Assembly (NCBI GenBank): GCA_028286585.1
Contig: JAQBRI010000006.1
Span: 16,558-80,557, forward strand
Reading direction: 5' to 3'
Source: Candidatus Kaiserbacteria bacterium
GTDB taxonomy: Bacteria > Patescibacteriota > Minisyncoccia > Phycocordibacterales > UBA2100
Length of the DNA stretch: 64,000 bases
The position numbers were made by a program, and so were the translations under genes. This document shows positions 38,108-47,734 of this stretch, piece after piece. Numbering within the stretch: the stretch's first letter is position 1; each line of letters begins with the position of its first letter. The notes below the pieces were generated by a model, which was not told the DNA's origin, ran no database searches, and saw nothing but the letters and a program-made list of their open reading frames with translations.

Positions 38108-39898
38108 TTACGCTTCTCGGATTATTTTAAGAAACACATCGTGGGAGATTTCGACAGATCCAACGCCGCGTGCGAGCATCTTTTTCTTACCTTTCTTTTG
38201 TTTGTCGAGCAGTTTGTTTTTACGGGACACGTCGCCGCCGTACAATTTTGCGGTCACATCTTTACGCATAGCAGACAGCTTGCGTGAAGAAAGAATTTTA
38301 CCGTGTGCTTTTGCTTGAATTTTAAGATCAAAGAGTTGCCGTGGAAGAATATCGGCCAACTTTTCTACTATTGCCTCTGCATCGTGTCCTACTCGCCTGC
38401 TTGAAACAATTCGTGCAAACGCAGGATTAAGTTCTTCTGCAATAAGTACGTCCAGTCGTGTAACATCAGCTTCACGCATTCCAATCATTTCATATCCAAG
38501 CGATGCGTAGCCAGACGAAATACTTTTTAAGCGATCAAAGAATCCGCGCATCAATTCGCGCAGCGGCATGTCCGCTGACATGCGGACTTTACCATCCGGC
38601 AGTGTTTCTGTGTCCCCCACTGCCGCTTCGTGTTCATACATCAGTTGTGAAATTCCGCCCACATATTCTGGCGGTGTCATGATAGAAACGCGTGTCCACA
38701 TTTCTCGAACCAATTTTGATTGGCCGTCGTCAGGAAATCGGCTTGGTGCATATATTTCTTCGACTTCACCATTTAAATGTGTTATCTCGTATACGGTCGT
38801 CGGCATTGTAACAACCAATTCCATATCAAATTCCCGATGAAGTCGCTCTACAACAATTTCAAGGTGGAGCATTCCAAGAAAACCGCATCGAAATCCCTTG
38901 CCCATCACACCCGACGCTTCTTCTTCATATGAAAGTGACGAGTCCGTGAGCCGCAGTCTCTCAAGTGCTTGTCGCAGTTCAGCCAAATCATCTTGGGATT
39001 CAGGATATACACTTGCCCAAATGACCGGTGTCGGTGCCTGATATCCGGCAAGTGCGGGGGCCGCATGCCGCGCGAGCGTGAGTGTGTCTCCTACGGACGC
39101 GACGCCCGGCTTTTTAATACCAGTTACAACATAGCCAATCTCTCCGGCGGTTAATGCTTCTCGCGGAGATTCTTGCGGCGCCATGATGCCAACCTCAAGA
39201 GCCGTAAAGTCTGCATTTCCTGCGACCAGTCGCATGGCGTCCCCTTTGCCAAACGTGCCACCAAAGACACGCATATAAATAATCACGCCTCGATGATCAG
39301 AATAACCAAAATCAAAAATGAGCGCCTGCGCCTTATTATCATTGGTTGTTGGCTCAGGTACTATTTCGACAATTTTATTCAAAAGTTCTGCAACACCTTC
39401 TCCTGTTTTACCCGAAACTTTTTGTACATCTTCTTCCTCGCAGCCAATAAGAAGTGCGATTTCACTTACAATGTCGTCGACTCGTGCATGAGGAGCGTCG
39501 ATCTTTGAGACGACTGGAATTATTTTGAGATTTAAGGACTTTGCAATCGAAAGCACCGAGAGGGTCTGTGCCTCAACTCCCTGTGTTGAATCCACAAGTA
39601 GTACAACGCCTTCGACAGCGGTGAGTGCGCGCGACACCTCGTAGGCAAAGTCGACGTGTCCTGGTGTATCAATAAGATTGAGAATATAGTCTTCATTTTT
39701 GTGCTTCCATGCCATGCGAACCGGCTGCATTTTGATAGTAATGCCACGCTCGCGCTCCAAGTCCATGCGATCCAAAAATTGATCCTTCATCTCTCGCGCC
39801 TGGATAGTACCGGTTATTTCAAGCATTCGATCCGCGAGGGTCGACTTACCGTGGTCAATATGGGCAATAATGCTAAAGTTTCGGATGTTTTTCACCAT
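38108..39898 (-). CDS. lepA: elongation factor 4
   Basis: NFSIIAHIDHGKSTLADR G1 motif, DTPGHVDF; 596 aa, full-length LepA. Confidence 0.95.
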   Translation of the reverse strand: MVKNIRNFSIIAHIDHGKSTLADRMLEITGTIQAREMKDQFLDRMDLERERGITIKMQPVRMAWKHKNEDYILNLIDTPGHVDFAYEVSRALTAVEGVVLLVDSTQGVEAQTLSVLSIAKSLNLKIIPVVSKIDAPHARVDDIVSEIALLIGCEEEDVQKVSGKTGEGVAELLNKIVEIVPEPTTNDNKAQALIFDFGYSDHRGVIIYMRVFGGTFGKGDAMRLVAGNADFTALEVGIMAPQESPREALTAGEIGYVVTGIKKPGVASVGDTLTLARHAAPALAGYQAPTPVIWASVYPESQDDLAELRQALERLRLTDSSLSYEEEASGVMGKGFRCGFLGMLHLEIVVERLHREFDMELVVTMPTTVYEITHLNGEVEEIYAPSRFPDDGQSKLVREMWTRVSIMTPPEYVGGISQLMYEHEAAVGDTETLPDGKVRMSADMPLRELMRGFFDRLKSISSGYASLGYEMIGMREADVTRLDVLIAEELNPAFARIVSSRRVGHDAEAIVEKLADILPRQLFDLKIQAKAHGKILSSRKLSAMRKDVTAKLYGGDVSRKNKLLDKQKKGKKKMLARGVGSVEISHDVFLKIIREA

Positions 39899-40053
39899 CG
39901 CACTTTACCATAAATCCTGCTCTTATGCCCTTTTTTGAACACATTGATCGCCCTGTATCCAACCTATCAGAAAGCGATTGTAATAGAAAAAGTCCGGCTA
40001 ATGGCCGGACTTTTTCTAGAGTTCGCATAATTACGAAACAGTTTCTCGAAGAA

Positions 40054-40554
40054 CTATTTGATAGTAATCGGAATTGATACTGAGTCGTCGTTTTCTGGCA
40101 TGCCCGATGGATTGTCACGCAAAAGAATAACTGTAGCTGGACCATGGAATTGGGTTACAGTTATAGAAACCGCAAACTTGACCTGTCCTTCTGTTGTCCA
40201 AGTGCCCAATGCCTTTGCTGTTGCCTGCTGAAGAATGTTATTTGATTTGTCTCGGATTTGAACTGGGAACGATCCTTCAAAAAACCAAGGTCCTGGAGCT
40301 TCACCACTGACACTAAATATTGGATCTACCGACTGATTTGGCTGAGGCAATACAACATGTACTTTTGACGATAACGCAGGAGTAGCAGTCGTGTTTCCTG
40401 GTGTTCCTGTCGTATTAGTATCCGCTGTTGTAGTTGTTGTCGCGGTAGTTGTTGCTGTATTTGATGTCATCATACTACCCTGAGTAGCGAACCAGTAACC
40501 TGCTGCAGCGAGCACGATGATCAGAATTGCGATGAGAATATAATTTGATTTCAT
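40054..40554 (-). CDS. secreted Gmad2-like immunoglobulin-fold domain protein with Thr-rich linker
   Basis: N-terminal TM/signal, T-rich segment, C-terminal GPWFFEGSFPVQIRDKSNNIL...KFAVSITV resembling Gmad2/GerM Ig-like domains. Confidence 0.4.
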   Translation of the reverse strand: MKSNYILIAILIIVLAAAGYWFATQGSMMTSNTATTTATTTTTADTNTTGTPGNTTATPALSSKVHVVLPQPNQSVDPIFSVSGEAPGPWFFEGSFPVQIRDKSNNILQQATAKALGTWTTEGQVKFAVSITVTQFHGPATVILLRDNPSGMPENDDSVSIPITIK

Positions 40555-40584
40555 ATGTCTATAAATAATTAGTTATTAGATTTA

Positions 40585-41022
40585 CTAGGCCTTTTTCTTA
40601 GCGATCTTTTTTGCAACTTTTGCAACTTTCTTGCTAATCTTCTTTGCAGTCGGAACTTTCTTCGCTCCCTTGATGACACTCTTCTGCACTTCTGCAGCAA
40701 TCATGCGCCAGTTGGTCTTAAGTTCCTTGGCAGCACGAGCGAGATCTTTTTTATCGATCGATCGCACCGATTCAAATTTGTCTGCGGCTTCAGTAATGAT
40801 GCCGACCAATGTTTTTTGATCGATATTTTTCATACTGCGCGCTTTTTTAATAACGTCTGTCTTAAAATCAGTCGCCCACTTTTTTACCACCTTCCGGTTT
40901 TTTGCGGCATCCTTACTTGCATAAAAATAGTATCCTGCAGCAACACCTGCTGCTGCAAGTGCTCCAATTTCTGCAAGCGTTTGCATGTTAGTGCCCGACT
41001 TTGATGGTTTGTTTTTTGCCAT
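40585..41022 (-). CDS. Lys-rich membrane-anchored hypothetical protein (start at internal MAKNKPS)
   Basis: One TM (LAEIGALAAAGVAAGYYFYA), then a highly basic Lys/Ala-rich C-terminus. Confidence 0.4.
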   Translation of the reverse strand: MAKNKPSKSGTNMQTLAEIGALAAAGVAAGYYFYASKDAAKNRKVVKKWATDFKTDVIKKARSMKNIDQKTLVGIITEAADKFESVRSIDKKDLARAAKELKTNWRMIAAEVQKSVIKGAKKVPTAKKISKKVAKVAKKIAKKKA

Positions 41023-41144
41023 AGAGAAATATAATTCTAATAATCGTACCCCGTGCCCCGCCCCGTGACCTATCCTATATAAGTGTAACACAGCGAAATG
41101 GGCATAGGTCCATACCTGGTTAAGACGTTTGAACCCGTGCACTA

Positions 41145-42794
41145 TTACGCCGCATCAGTTGGCTCGAGCGCTGTCGATGTTGTGTCCACTGGAACATCCT
41201 TAAACTTGCGGCGAACAGAATCAATCGTCTCTTGTAATTCACGATTACCCAACAGCCAGAGTACAGCAACAGTAACAACGAGCCCCGCAGTTCCGGCAAG
41301 GAGTCCTTGGATTACAATACTCACCGTAGTACTCGTAGATGCATATGTTCCAATGCGATCGAGTACCAAGTACGCCGCAAAGCCTCCCAGAATCGAACTC
41401 GCAAAACTTTCGAACATAAGCCGTGTAATGCGAGCCTGCGGCACCTGCATGTCGCGCATACAGTATATGTATGCAAATATACATTCAACAATCGAGCCGA
41501 GCGCGTATCCAAGCGCAAGCATCAATACGTCGGTGCCTGGCACATCGCTTACACGAAGCAGAGTTTGCACGAACGTTCGAAATAGCTCGCTGTGATGAAA
41601 TGCCGAAAGAAGTGCAACTGATGAAGCAATAGATACAATAATATCCGCACAACCAAAATAGAGCGGTTTCCGCGTATCTCCTGCAGCGTAGTAGGTGCGT
41701 GCAATCAGCAATATGAGTGACTGAGCCGTAAGCGAGATTACAAAAAGTGCGAGTGCGGCTGCCGTAAGACGCGTTGCACTCCAATCGAACTGCCCGGATC
41801 CTAGAATGACGCGCACGATTTGGGCTCGCAGTACAATAAAGAAAATAGTAGCTGGCACCGACCAAAAGATAATGTGTCTAAGAGCTGCCTCTACAGAATG
41901 TACAAATGCTTCGCGATCCCCTTGTGCAAACAGCTTGGCAAGCGTTGGAAATGCTGCGACCGAATATGACACTCCAATGATAGTAAGCGGCACTGCCTGC
42001 AGGTTGAGCGCGAAAGAAAGCACGGCGATCGAACCGCTAGAAAGGAGCGACGCCAGCGCAATGATAATGAGGAGCGATATCTGGGTAGAGGCAAGCGAGA
42101 GCGTGCGAGGAATCGAAAGTTTAAGCACTTCCCAAACGCCGGAAATGGTACGAGAAAATTCCAGCCGTTCGTTGGGCCATTCGGTAAGAAAAAATGGAAG
42201 CTGAATTGCAAGATGCAGGATCGCGCCAATCACGACGCCCCATGCGAGAGCCGAAATGCCAATATGTTGGTACAAAATCGTTGCACCAAAAATAATACCG
42301 AGGTTATACAAGAGCGGCGATATGGAGTAGAGCACAAATCGGTGGCGCAACTGTGTGAGAGCTGCAATGGTGTTCGAGGCACCCAATAGAATTGGCTGTA
42401 ATAACAAAATACGGGTCAATACGACGAGCTGTGCTTGAAGAGCGGGGTCGGTAATACCGGGTGCCAGATATGGAGTAAGGTATGGAACAAAAATATAAAT
42501 AATGACCGAAATAATACTCATGCCCGCAAAAAATACCGCGAGTACGCCGCGAACAAAGGCGACCATCTTACCCTCACTTTCTGTTTCGATGCGCGAGAGA
42601 ATTGGGAGAAGTGCGTACAAAGAAAATAGCGACGCAACTGTCGCAAAAAGAAAATCCGGCACACGAAATGCCGCATAATATAAATCGAGTGTGTGCCCGA
42701 CACCAAACTGCGCAGCAAACACTCGATCGCGCAACAATGCCAATACTTGTGATGCGAGAGAGAATCCTGCAAGCAAATATGCTGCCTCGTGCAT
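41145..42794 (-). CDS. murJ: lipid II flippase MurJ (MviN); start uncertain (42794 or 42848)
   Basis: LAGFSLASQVLALLRDRVFAAQFGVGHTLDLYYAAFRVPDFLF matches the MurJ N-terminus; about 14 TM. Confidence 0.85.
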   Translation of the reverse strand: MHEAAYLLAGFSLASQVLALLRDRVFAAQFGVGHTLDLYYAAFRVPDFLFATVASLFSLYALLPILSRIETESEGKMVAFVRGVLAVFFAGMSIISVIIYIFVPYLTPYLAPGITDPALQAQLVVLTRILLLQPILLGASNTIAALTQLRHRFVLYSISPLLYNLGIIFGATILYQHIGISALAWGVVIGAILHLAIQLPFFLTEWPNERLEFSRTISGVWEVLKLSIPRTLSLASTQISLLIIIALASLLSSGSIAVLSFALNLQAVPLTIIGVSYSVAAFPTLAKLFAQGDREAFVHSVEAALRHIIFWSVPATIFFIVLRAQIVRVILGSGQFDWSATRLTAAALALFVISLTAQSLILLIARTYYAAGDTRKPLYFGCADIIVSIASSVALLSAFHHSELFRTFVQTLLRVSDVPGTDVLMLALGYALGSIVECIFAYIYCMRDMQVPQARITRLMFESFASSILGGFAAYLVLDRIGTYASTSTTVSIVIQGLLAGTAGLVVTVAVLWLLGNRELQETIDSVRRKFKDVPVDTTSTALEPTDAA

Positions 42795-43034
42795 ACCGCG
42801 CACTTCTCGAGAAAGGAAACGAAACGGTCTTTTGAAGGCAGAAATCATTGTTCTTACTGTAACACAAGGAAGATAAATTTGTGAAAACCACCATACTCCA
42901 TGATTTATATTCCTTCCGAGACCGGTATATCTAGGGTCGAAAAACCTCAATCCTCGACCGTCGTCTGCGGGGTCTCTCTAGGAATACAAATCATTCCGCA
43001 TATCTGCAACATAACTCGCAAATGAATAAAATAG

Positions 43035-43061
43035 AAAAAGGATCCTTCGGGGATCCTTTTT
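43035..43061. terminator. bidirectional terminator AAAAAGGAUCCUUCGGGGAUCCUUUUU
   Basis: Perfect GGATCC stem with TTCGG loop flanked by A5/T5. Confidence 0.7.
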
Positions 43062-43113
43062 CCATAATGCTGCGTCTATAATCGGAGTACCTCATAGTGG
43101 CTTTGCTCATGCG

Positions 43114-43146
43114 AAAAAAGAGCAGGAGTTACCTGCTCTTTCTTCT
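43114..43146 (-). terminator. rho-independent terminator of rnpB (AGAGCAGG-AGUUA-CCUGCUCU + U-tract on minus strand)
   Basis: 8-bp stem, 5-nt loop, UUUUUU follows on the minus strand. Confidence 0.7.
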
Positions 43147-43147
43147 T

Positions 43148-43476
43148 ATTTCGCTGCGCCTATAAGCCGGGTTCTGTGCATGCAGATTCAAAATCTGCAC
43201 CGATGATCATATATCTGCGATGTGTGTTGCCACACACCTGTAGCGGCTCTCCGCGTCGAGCGCGGCACGGCCTTGCACGCGAGTAGGAATTTTGCCGTTT
43301 CACTCTTACCTTTCGATAAGCCTCACCCCAAAGGGTGCCTAGCCTCTCGGCATTGGCGTCTCTGCTCGCATCCCTATCCTTACGGATGATGGGCGTTACC
43401 CACTACTTGTTACCTATGATGGCTACGTGCCCGGACTTTCCTCTATCAATAATGACAGCGACCATCCAACGCAGAA
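43148..43476 (-). ncRNA. rnpB: RNase P RNA (bacterial type), not represented in the ORF track
   Basis: Minus strand carries the P4 halves GGAAAGUCCGGGC (from 43429-43441) and ACAGAACCCGGCUUA (from 43163-43177) about 250 nt apart. P1 pairing CUGCG/CGCAG. Own promoter and terminator. Confidence 0.75.
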
Positions 43477-43480
43477 TTGT

Positions 43481-43509
43481 ATTATACAACACAATATCTA
43501 TTTTGTGAA
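43481..43509 (-). promoter_or_regulatory. sigma70-type promoter of rnpB: -35 TTCACA, 17 bp spacer, extended -10 TGTATAAT
   Basis: Read on the minus strand; TSS predicted about 7 nt downstream at the P1 5' strand. Confidence 0.55.
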
Positions 43510-43630
43510 ATTTATGATTGACTCGAAGTCCATTTGCGAGTACCCTCTTACGTGGCGCAAGCCGGGTTGAGCAAGAGTTGAGCAAGAGCTAGCTCTTGAA
43601 CTCAACTTACCTCGCATCTGGAGTGATACT

Positions 43631-43822
43631 ATGCGAGCAACTACGATAGTGCTGGTTATCGCGGGCTTCTTGGCCGCGATGACTGGTGGTGCTCTGGCGG
43701 GCACCACCAAGGCGACGACACACGCGCAGGTTACGCAAACCAAGGCCACGAAAGTGGCTGCGGTAAGCACACCCGCACCGCGTGCTGTACTTCTCTGCCC
43801 AAGGACGGGCCGTCCTCTCTAA
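43631..43822 (+). CDS. GC-rich 63-aa ORF with signal-peptide-like N-terminus (hypothetical)
   Basis: GGAG 8 nt upstream of ATG; MRATTIVLVIAGFLAAMTGGALAG then Thr/Lys/Ala-rich; local GC clearly above the window average. Confidence 0.3.
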   Translation: MRATTIVLVIAGFLAAMTGGALAGTTKATTHAQVTQTKATKVAAVSTPAPRAVLLCPRTGRPL

Positions 43823-43988
43823 GAAGAGAGTAACTAACGGTTCTACATGGACAGAGTCGTTCATCGATAAGATGTCGCTTCGCTGAGGTGCATCGGGCGA
43901 GTCGGGAGGAGCAATCCCCCCGACTCGCTTCCCCGGCTTCGTAAGGATAATCGAGTATTTTGAGTTATCCACAGTTCTTTAGTCACTA

Positions 43989-44017
43989 TTGACTTGCTGA
44001 ATTATATAGTCTATGAT
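43989..44017 (+). promoter_or_regulatory. near-consensus promoter TTGACT-N17-TATGAT with no downstream ORF
   Basis: Exact spacing; followed about 110 nt later by a + strand intrinsic terminator. Confidence 0.5.
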
Positions 44018-44023
44018 TTAGAA

Positions 44024-44138
44024 AGGATAAGCGCCCGCCAGCCTTGTCCTATAGCTCAAGCCTAAGGTTTGCGCCTCGGGCCTCAGAATATTTCGGGCGA
44101 CGCGTTGGATCACTACCTCGCGTCGCCCACTTTTTTTA
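44024..44138 (+). ncRNA. candidate ~115-nt small RNA delimited by promoter and terminator (function unknown)
   Basis: Terminator GGGCGACGCG-N15-CGCGUCGCCC then UUUUUUU at 44094-44138; no ORF; region lies between nrdJ 3' end and rnpB. Confidence 0.3.
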
Positions 44139-44175
44139 TATTTTTAGAGTTTGTTTATTGCTTTTATACTTAGCA

Positions 44176-44203
44176 AAAATCGCCACGTTACGTGGCGATT
44201 TTG
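44176..44203. terminator. bidirectional terminator AAAAUCGCCACG-UUA-CGUGGCGAUUUU downstream of nrdJ
   Basis: Perfect 12-bp palindrome flanked by A/T runs, about 20 nt after the nrdJ stop. Confidence 0.75.
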
Positions 44204-44224
44204 CTTATAAAACGTTTATGAGTC

Positions 44225-46609
44225 TTAGATAACTTCACAGGTTCCTCCGGCACATGCAAGTTCACGCTTTTGTTCGGTTTCGTCTGTTCGCTCATAAATA
44301 ACAAGCTTTGAGAAGTCGATTTTTGGAATGTTTGCGAGCATGCGGTCATAGGTTTTTTTGTCGATTTCTTCGTATGGCGCGAGGCGATATACGTGATTTG
44401 ATCGTGGCAAGAAAGAGAGTCCGCCGATGATTTCCCAATGTTTCTGGACCCAGGCAACGACATCAATCCATTCATCTTCGCCAATAGAAATAGTTGCCGA
44501 AGGATTGTGTTCAGTAAAGTTTTCCTTGAGCATCCTCCAGTATTCGAGCTGTTCGATTGCAGAGATATCGTTTTTGAATATCGATCCGCTCGGTGCAGCA
44601 ACAGGAAATTCGAGAACGTAGGTGTTTGCGCTATCAAACGTCTGCCCTACTTCTGGATGATGCGGTACTCCCTGATCTCGCATCATTTTGTACAACGAGT
44701 CGGTTGCAGAGATGCGAACACGTCGGATGTAATACTTTGAGTTGCGAGGGTGCATACCGGATGAGCAGTCGAATGTCTGAGAAACGGTTCCGGATGGTTT
44801 AACACAGGTAACGGCACTTGATTGCGGCACTCCAAATCGCTTTGCATACTGCGCATTGGTCTTAACAGAAAGGTCTCGCATCTTGCGCATCGTTGCTGCG
44901 TTTCGCACTGCAGGAGAATCCCATTGGCCAGTAATTGAGACGCCTAGCAAACGCTCATCGTTACAGTTGTCGGTCCACTCCTTTGAGATAAAACTAAACT
45001 TTGTGAGTGTTGACTGGTAGGTTCCGAGAATTGTTGCGAGGCGAATCTTGCGCAAGAGAGACTTTTCGGTGTCGCCTGCTCGAGCGATTACTTCTGAGAG
45101 ATTACAAAACTGTTTTGACTGCAAAATGATCTCACCGCACGGATTACAACCGAGCTGTCCGAGCTTGCCCTTGCCATATTTTTTCTCAAGATATGAAATG
45201 CGGCGCTTTGGAAGAGTTGTTGCAAGCGATCCTCGGTTAAAGATACCTCGCTCTCCTGTACCACTCTTCATAAGAGCTACCCATTCATCCATGAGTTCGG
45301 TGTTTGATGGCTTTTGCTCGTACACGGCAGAGTTGTTGGCAACAGCGCGGTGTCCGTCTGTAAGATAAAATTGTCCTTTCTTTGAATCACGAACTTCGAC
45401 ATCATCAAGATCAGAAAGACTGATCATTGCGGTGCGGCGCACTCCGCCAGCTACAACACACTCACCAATCTTACAAATAATGTCGTGGGCATCGATGTTG
45501 CGAAGACGTCGTCCCTGACGAGTAAGAATACGCTCACGAGCAAACGCCAAAAGGTTTCGCAACGGATCAGGACCTGATGCCTTGCCTCCCATTGTCTTAA
45601 GACGAGCTCCCGCAGGACGTATCAATGAAAAATCAAAATCAACATCGTCACCGCCGTACCAGGTCTTTAATCCATGTGTAAGCGCTTCACACCAGCCTTC
45701 TTTTGAGTCCCCTACAACATGAACTGGGAGCTTCTTTCCTGACTGTTTTTGAATCTGAGGAAGTTGTTGAATGTTTTGTGATTCGACTGCATATCCGACA
45801 CCACAACCCATCATCGAAAGGTACATAATTTCTGCAAAATCTTCGAGTTTGATTGGCGCGGTAAACGTACAGTTATACAAACATGAGTTGCACTTGCGAG
45901 CAGCCGGGCCCGAAAACTGCATCGCACGCATACTAGGCATGACTTCTTGTTTGAGGATCGCAGTTTGTACTTCTTTGTATTCTTTGTCTGTGAGCTTGGT
46001 GCCGAGATTTTCACGCATAAAATCCACGTAACGCTGTACCGTCTCTACCCATGTCTCGCGGCGCTGTTCGGATTCGATCCACTTGGCATAGCTTCGAGTG
46101 TACACAAATTCGCCCAATTGGTTGCCAGAAAAATATTCGGCACTTTCTGCAGCAAGCTTACGGACGTGCTCTGGCACTTCACCCTGCTCTTCTCGAACTC
46201 GAGATCGGTTAGCGCGGTACAAAATGTATGCCTTGGCAGTCGTTACATAGTCGGCAAGCATGAGCTGACGCTCAACCTCATCCTGACATCCTTCCACTGT
46301 AGGCAAAAAGCCCTTGTACGTCTTTGCAATACGCATCAACTCAGATGAGACCTTGTGTGCAACGAGTTCAGCCTCGGTGACTGATCCTTCGTTACTCACG
46401 AGCATCGCTTTGTGTATTGCCCGTGCTACTTTTTCAAAATCAAAAGCCAATACGCGGCCATCGCGTTTTTGGATTTGGGGAACATATTTTTGATAAATGC
46501 GTATTGAAGAACGATCAACCGACGGAATTATTGCCGGTGTCTTACGCCCCCCCCTTTCTGTTACAGTGGTACTTGTCATGCGCGTCACGTTAGCGGTTAA
46601 TATGTTCAT
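44225..46609 (-). CDS. nrdJ: class II (adenosylcobalamin-dependent) ribonucleoside-triphosphate/diphosphate reductase
   Basis: 794 aa; ATP-cone-like N-terminus, GCNPCGEI and NLSEV catalytic-site motifs characteristic of NrdJ; SD GAGAGGAG 5 nt upstream of ATG. Confidence 0.9.
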   Translation of the reverse strand: MNILTANVTRMTSTTVTERGGRKTPAIIPSVDRSSIRIYQKYVPQIQKRDGRVLAFDFEKVARAIHKAMLVSNEGSVTEAELVAHKVSSELMRIAKTYKGFLPTVEGCQDEVERQLMLADYVTTAKAYILYRANRSRVREEQGEVPEHVRKLAAESAEYFSGNQLGEFVYTRSYAKWIESEQRRETWVETVQRYVDFMRENLGTKLTDKEYKEVQTAILKQEVMPSMRAMQFSGPAARKCNSCLYNCTFTAPIKLEDFAEIMYLSMMGCGVGYAVESQNIQQLPQIQKQSGKKLPVHVVGDSKEGWCEALTHGLKTWYGGDDVDFDFSLIRPAGARLKTMGGKASGPDPLRNLLAFARERILTRQGRRLRNIDAHDIICKIGECVVAGGVRRTAMISLSDLDDVEVRDSKKGQFYLTDGHRAVANNSAVYEQKPSNTELMDEWVALMKSGTGERGIFNRGSLATTLPKRRISYLEKKYGKGKLGQLGCNPCGEIILQSKQFCNLSEVIARAGDTEKSLLRKIRLATILGTYQSTLTKFSFISKEWTDNCNDERLLGVSITGQWDSPAVRNAATMRKMRDLSVKTNAQYAKRFGVPQSSAVTCVKPSGTVSQTFDCSSGMHPRNSKYYIRRVRISATDSLYKMMRDQGVPHHPEVGQTFDSANTYVLEFPVAAPSGSIFKNDISAIEQLEYWRMLKENFTEHNPSATISIGEDEWIDVVAWVQKHWEIIGGLSFLPRSNHVYRLAPYEEIDKKTYDRMLANIPKIDFSKLVIYERTDETEQKRELACAGGTCEVI

Positions 46610-46711
46610 TGTACTCCTCTCTCGCCTCGATGAAAGAGGTTAAAACCTGTGGATAGCAGATTACAAATCGCAAACACAAAAATGCAATATCACCGGTCGC
46701 TATACTCGGCG

Positions 46712-47194
46712 CTAAAATGAGAACTGGTCACCTATTTTTATCGAATGTGCAACTGTGTATCCTGCAGGAAGTTCCAAAACGTATCTCGAAGGAGCACTTG
46801 GTCCAAAAGTCGCTGGATATGTCTCGGGCGCGATGCTTTGCACCATGTATATCACCCGCTTATCACTTGAGAGCCATACAATATCAATGGAAAACTGCAT
46901 ATCTTTCATCCAAAATCCATATGTATCATCGTGCCCAAAGACGAAGAGCATTCCCTCTCCATTTGGAAGACCTGACCGGCCTCCTAACCCAAGAGACTGA
47001 AGCTCGGGTGTGTCGGCAACAAGCGCATGCACGACTGTTGCGTCCGAAAGTGTAATGTTTTGGGTTTTATAGACAGAATCCCGCAATAGCGTTGTTTTTG
47101 GAGCATGAATCCAAGCGCTGTAGAGCGCATAAAATCCAATAGCCGCAATAAAGGCAAAAAGTACAATAGCGACACCTTTCTTGTTTCTGCTCAT
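46712..47194 (-). CDS. DUF192 (COG1430) family protein with N-terminal TM anchor
   Basis: GMLFVFGHDDTYGFWMKDMQFSIDIVWL matches the DUF192 core. Confidence 0.6.
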   Translation of the reverse strand: MSRNKKGVAIVLFAFIAAIGFYALYSAWIHAPKTTLLRDSVYKTQNITLSDATVVHALVADTPELQSLGLGGRSGLPNGEGMLFVFGHDDTYGFWMKDMQFSIDIVWLSSDKRVIYMVQSIAPETYPATFGPSAPSRYVLELPAGYTVAHSIKIGDQFSF

Positions 47195-47248
47195 GTTGTT
47201 TTGTAATGCGGGCGCTATGATTCGACAATAAGGATTATGGCTGCTTGT

Positions 47249-47626
47249 TTACTTTTTTGCGGGAGGAGTAGTCGAAGCTTGTCCGGTAATTGGTCCGACG
47301 TTTACGATAACATCTCTGCCTGGACTATAAATAATCGCTTTTCCAGCCTGAGAGAATACCAGGAGCTCGTCGCCCACCTGGGCGTCCGCAAAAAATACTT
47401 GCTGCTTTGCAAGTGTTGCAGGGTCTTTAATTTCATAGACCTCTGGAGTTTCATTACTAGGCAACAACATATGCTTTGAAACCGAAGCAATGAGCATGCG
47501 GCTTTGTTCCTCGAGCTTTTGTTCTGGAGTTTGTGAGAAATGCTTGTATATAAAATATCCTCCAACTAGTACGACCAAGAGCACAATTACGCCAATAATG
47601 ATTTTATTCGTTTGGTTCATATTCAT
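47249..47626 (-). CDS. membrane-anchored hypothetical protein
   Basis: 125 aa, single N-terminal TM, no recognisable domain. Confidence 0.4.
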   Translation of the reverse strand: MNMNQTNKIIIGVIVLLVVLVGGYFIYKHFSQTPEQKLEEQSRMLIASVSKHMLLPSNETPEVYEIKDPATLAKQQVFFADAQVGDELLVFSQAGKAIIYSPGRDVIVNVGPITGQASTTPPAKK

Positions 47627-47734
47627 GGTGCTATTGTACCAGATAAAAGAGCACTAGGTCGAGTAGCAGAGTATAAAATACATGGAGGGCCGTTGGCCCT
47701 CCATTTCATGTCCCTTATATGAATTCACGATCGT

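Noticed and set aside
44024-44138. Calling the candidate sRNA SRP/4.5S RNA
   Set aside because: Could not find the conserved domain IV motifs (GGAA tetraloop/AGCAGCC context) by eye; left as an unclassified sRNA candidate
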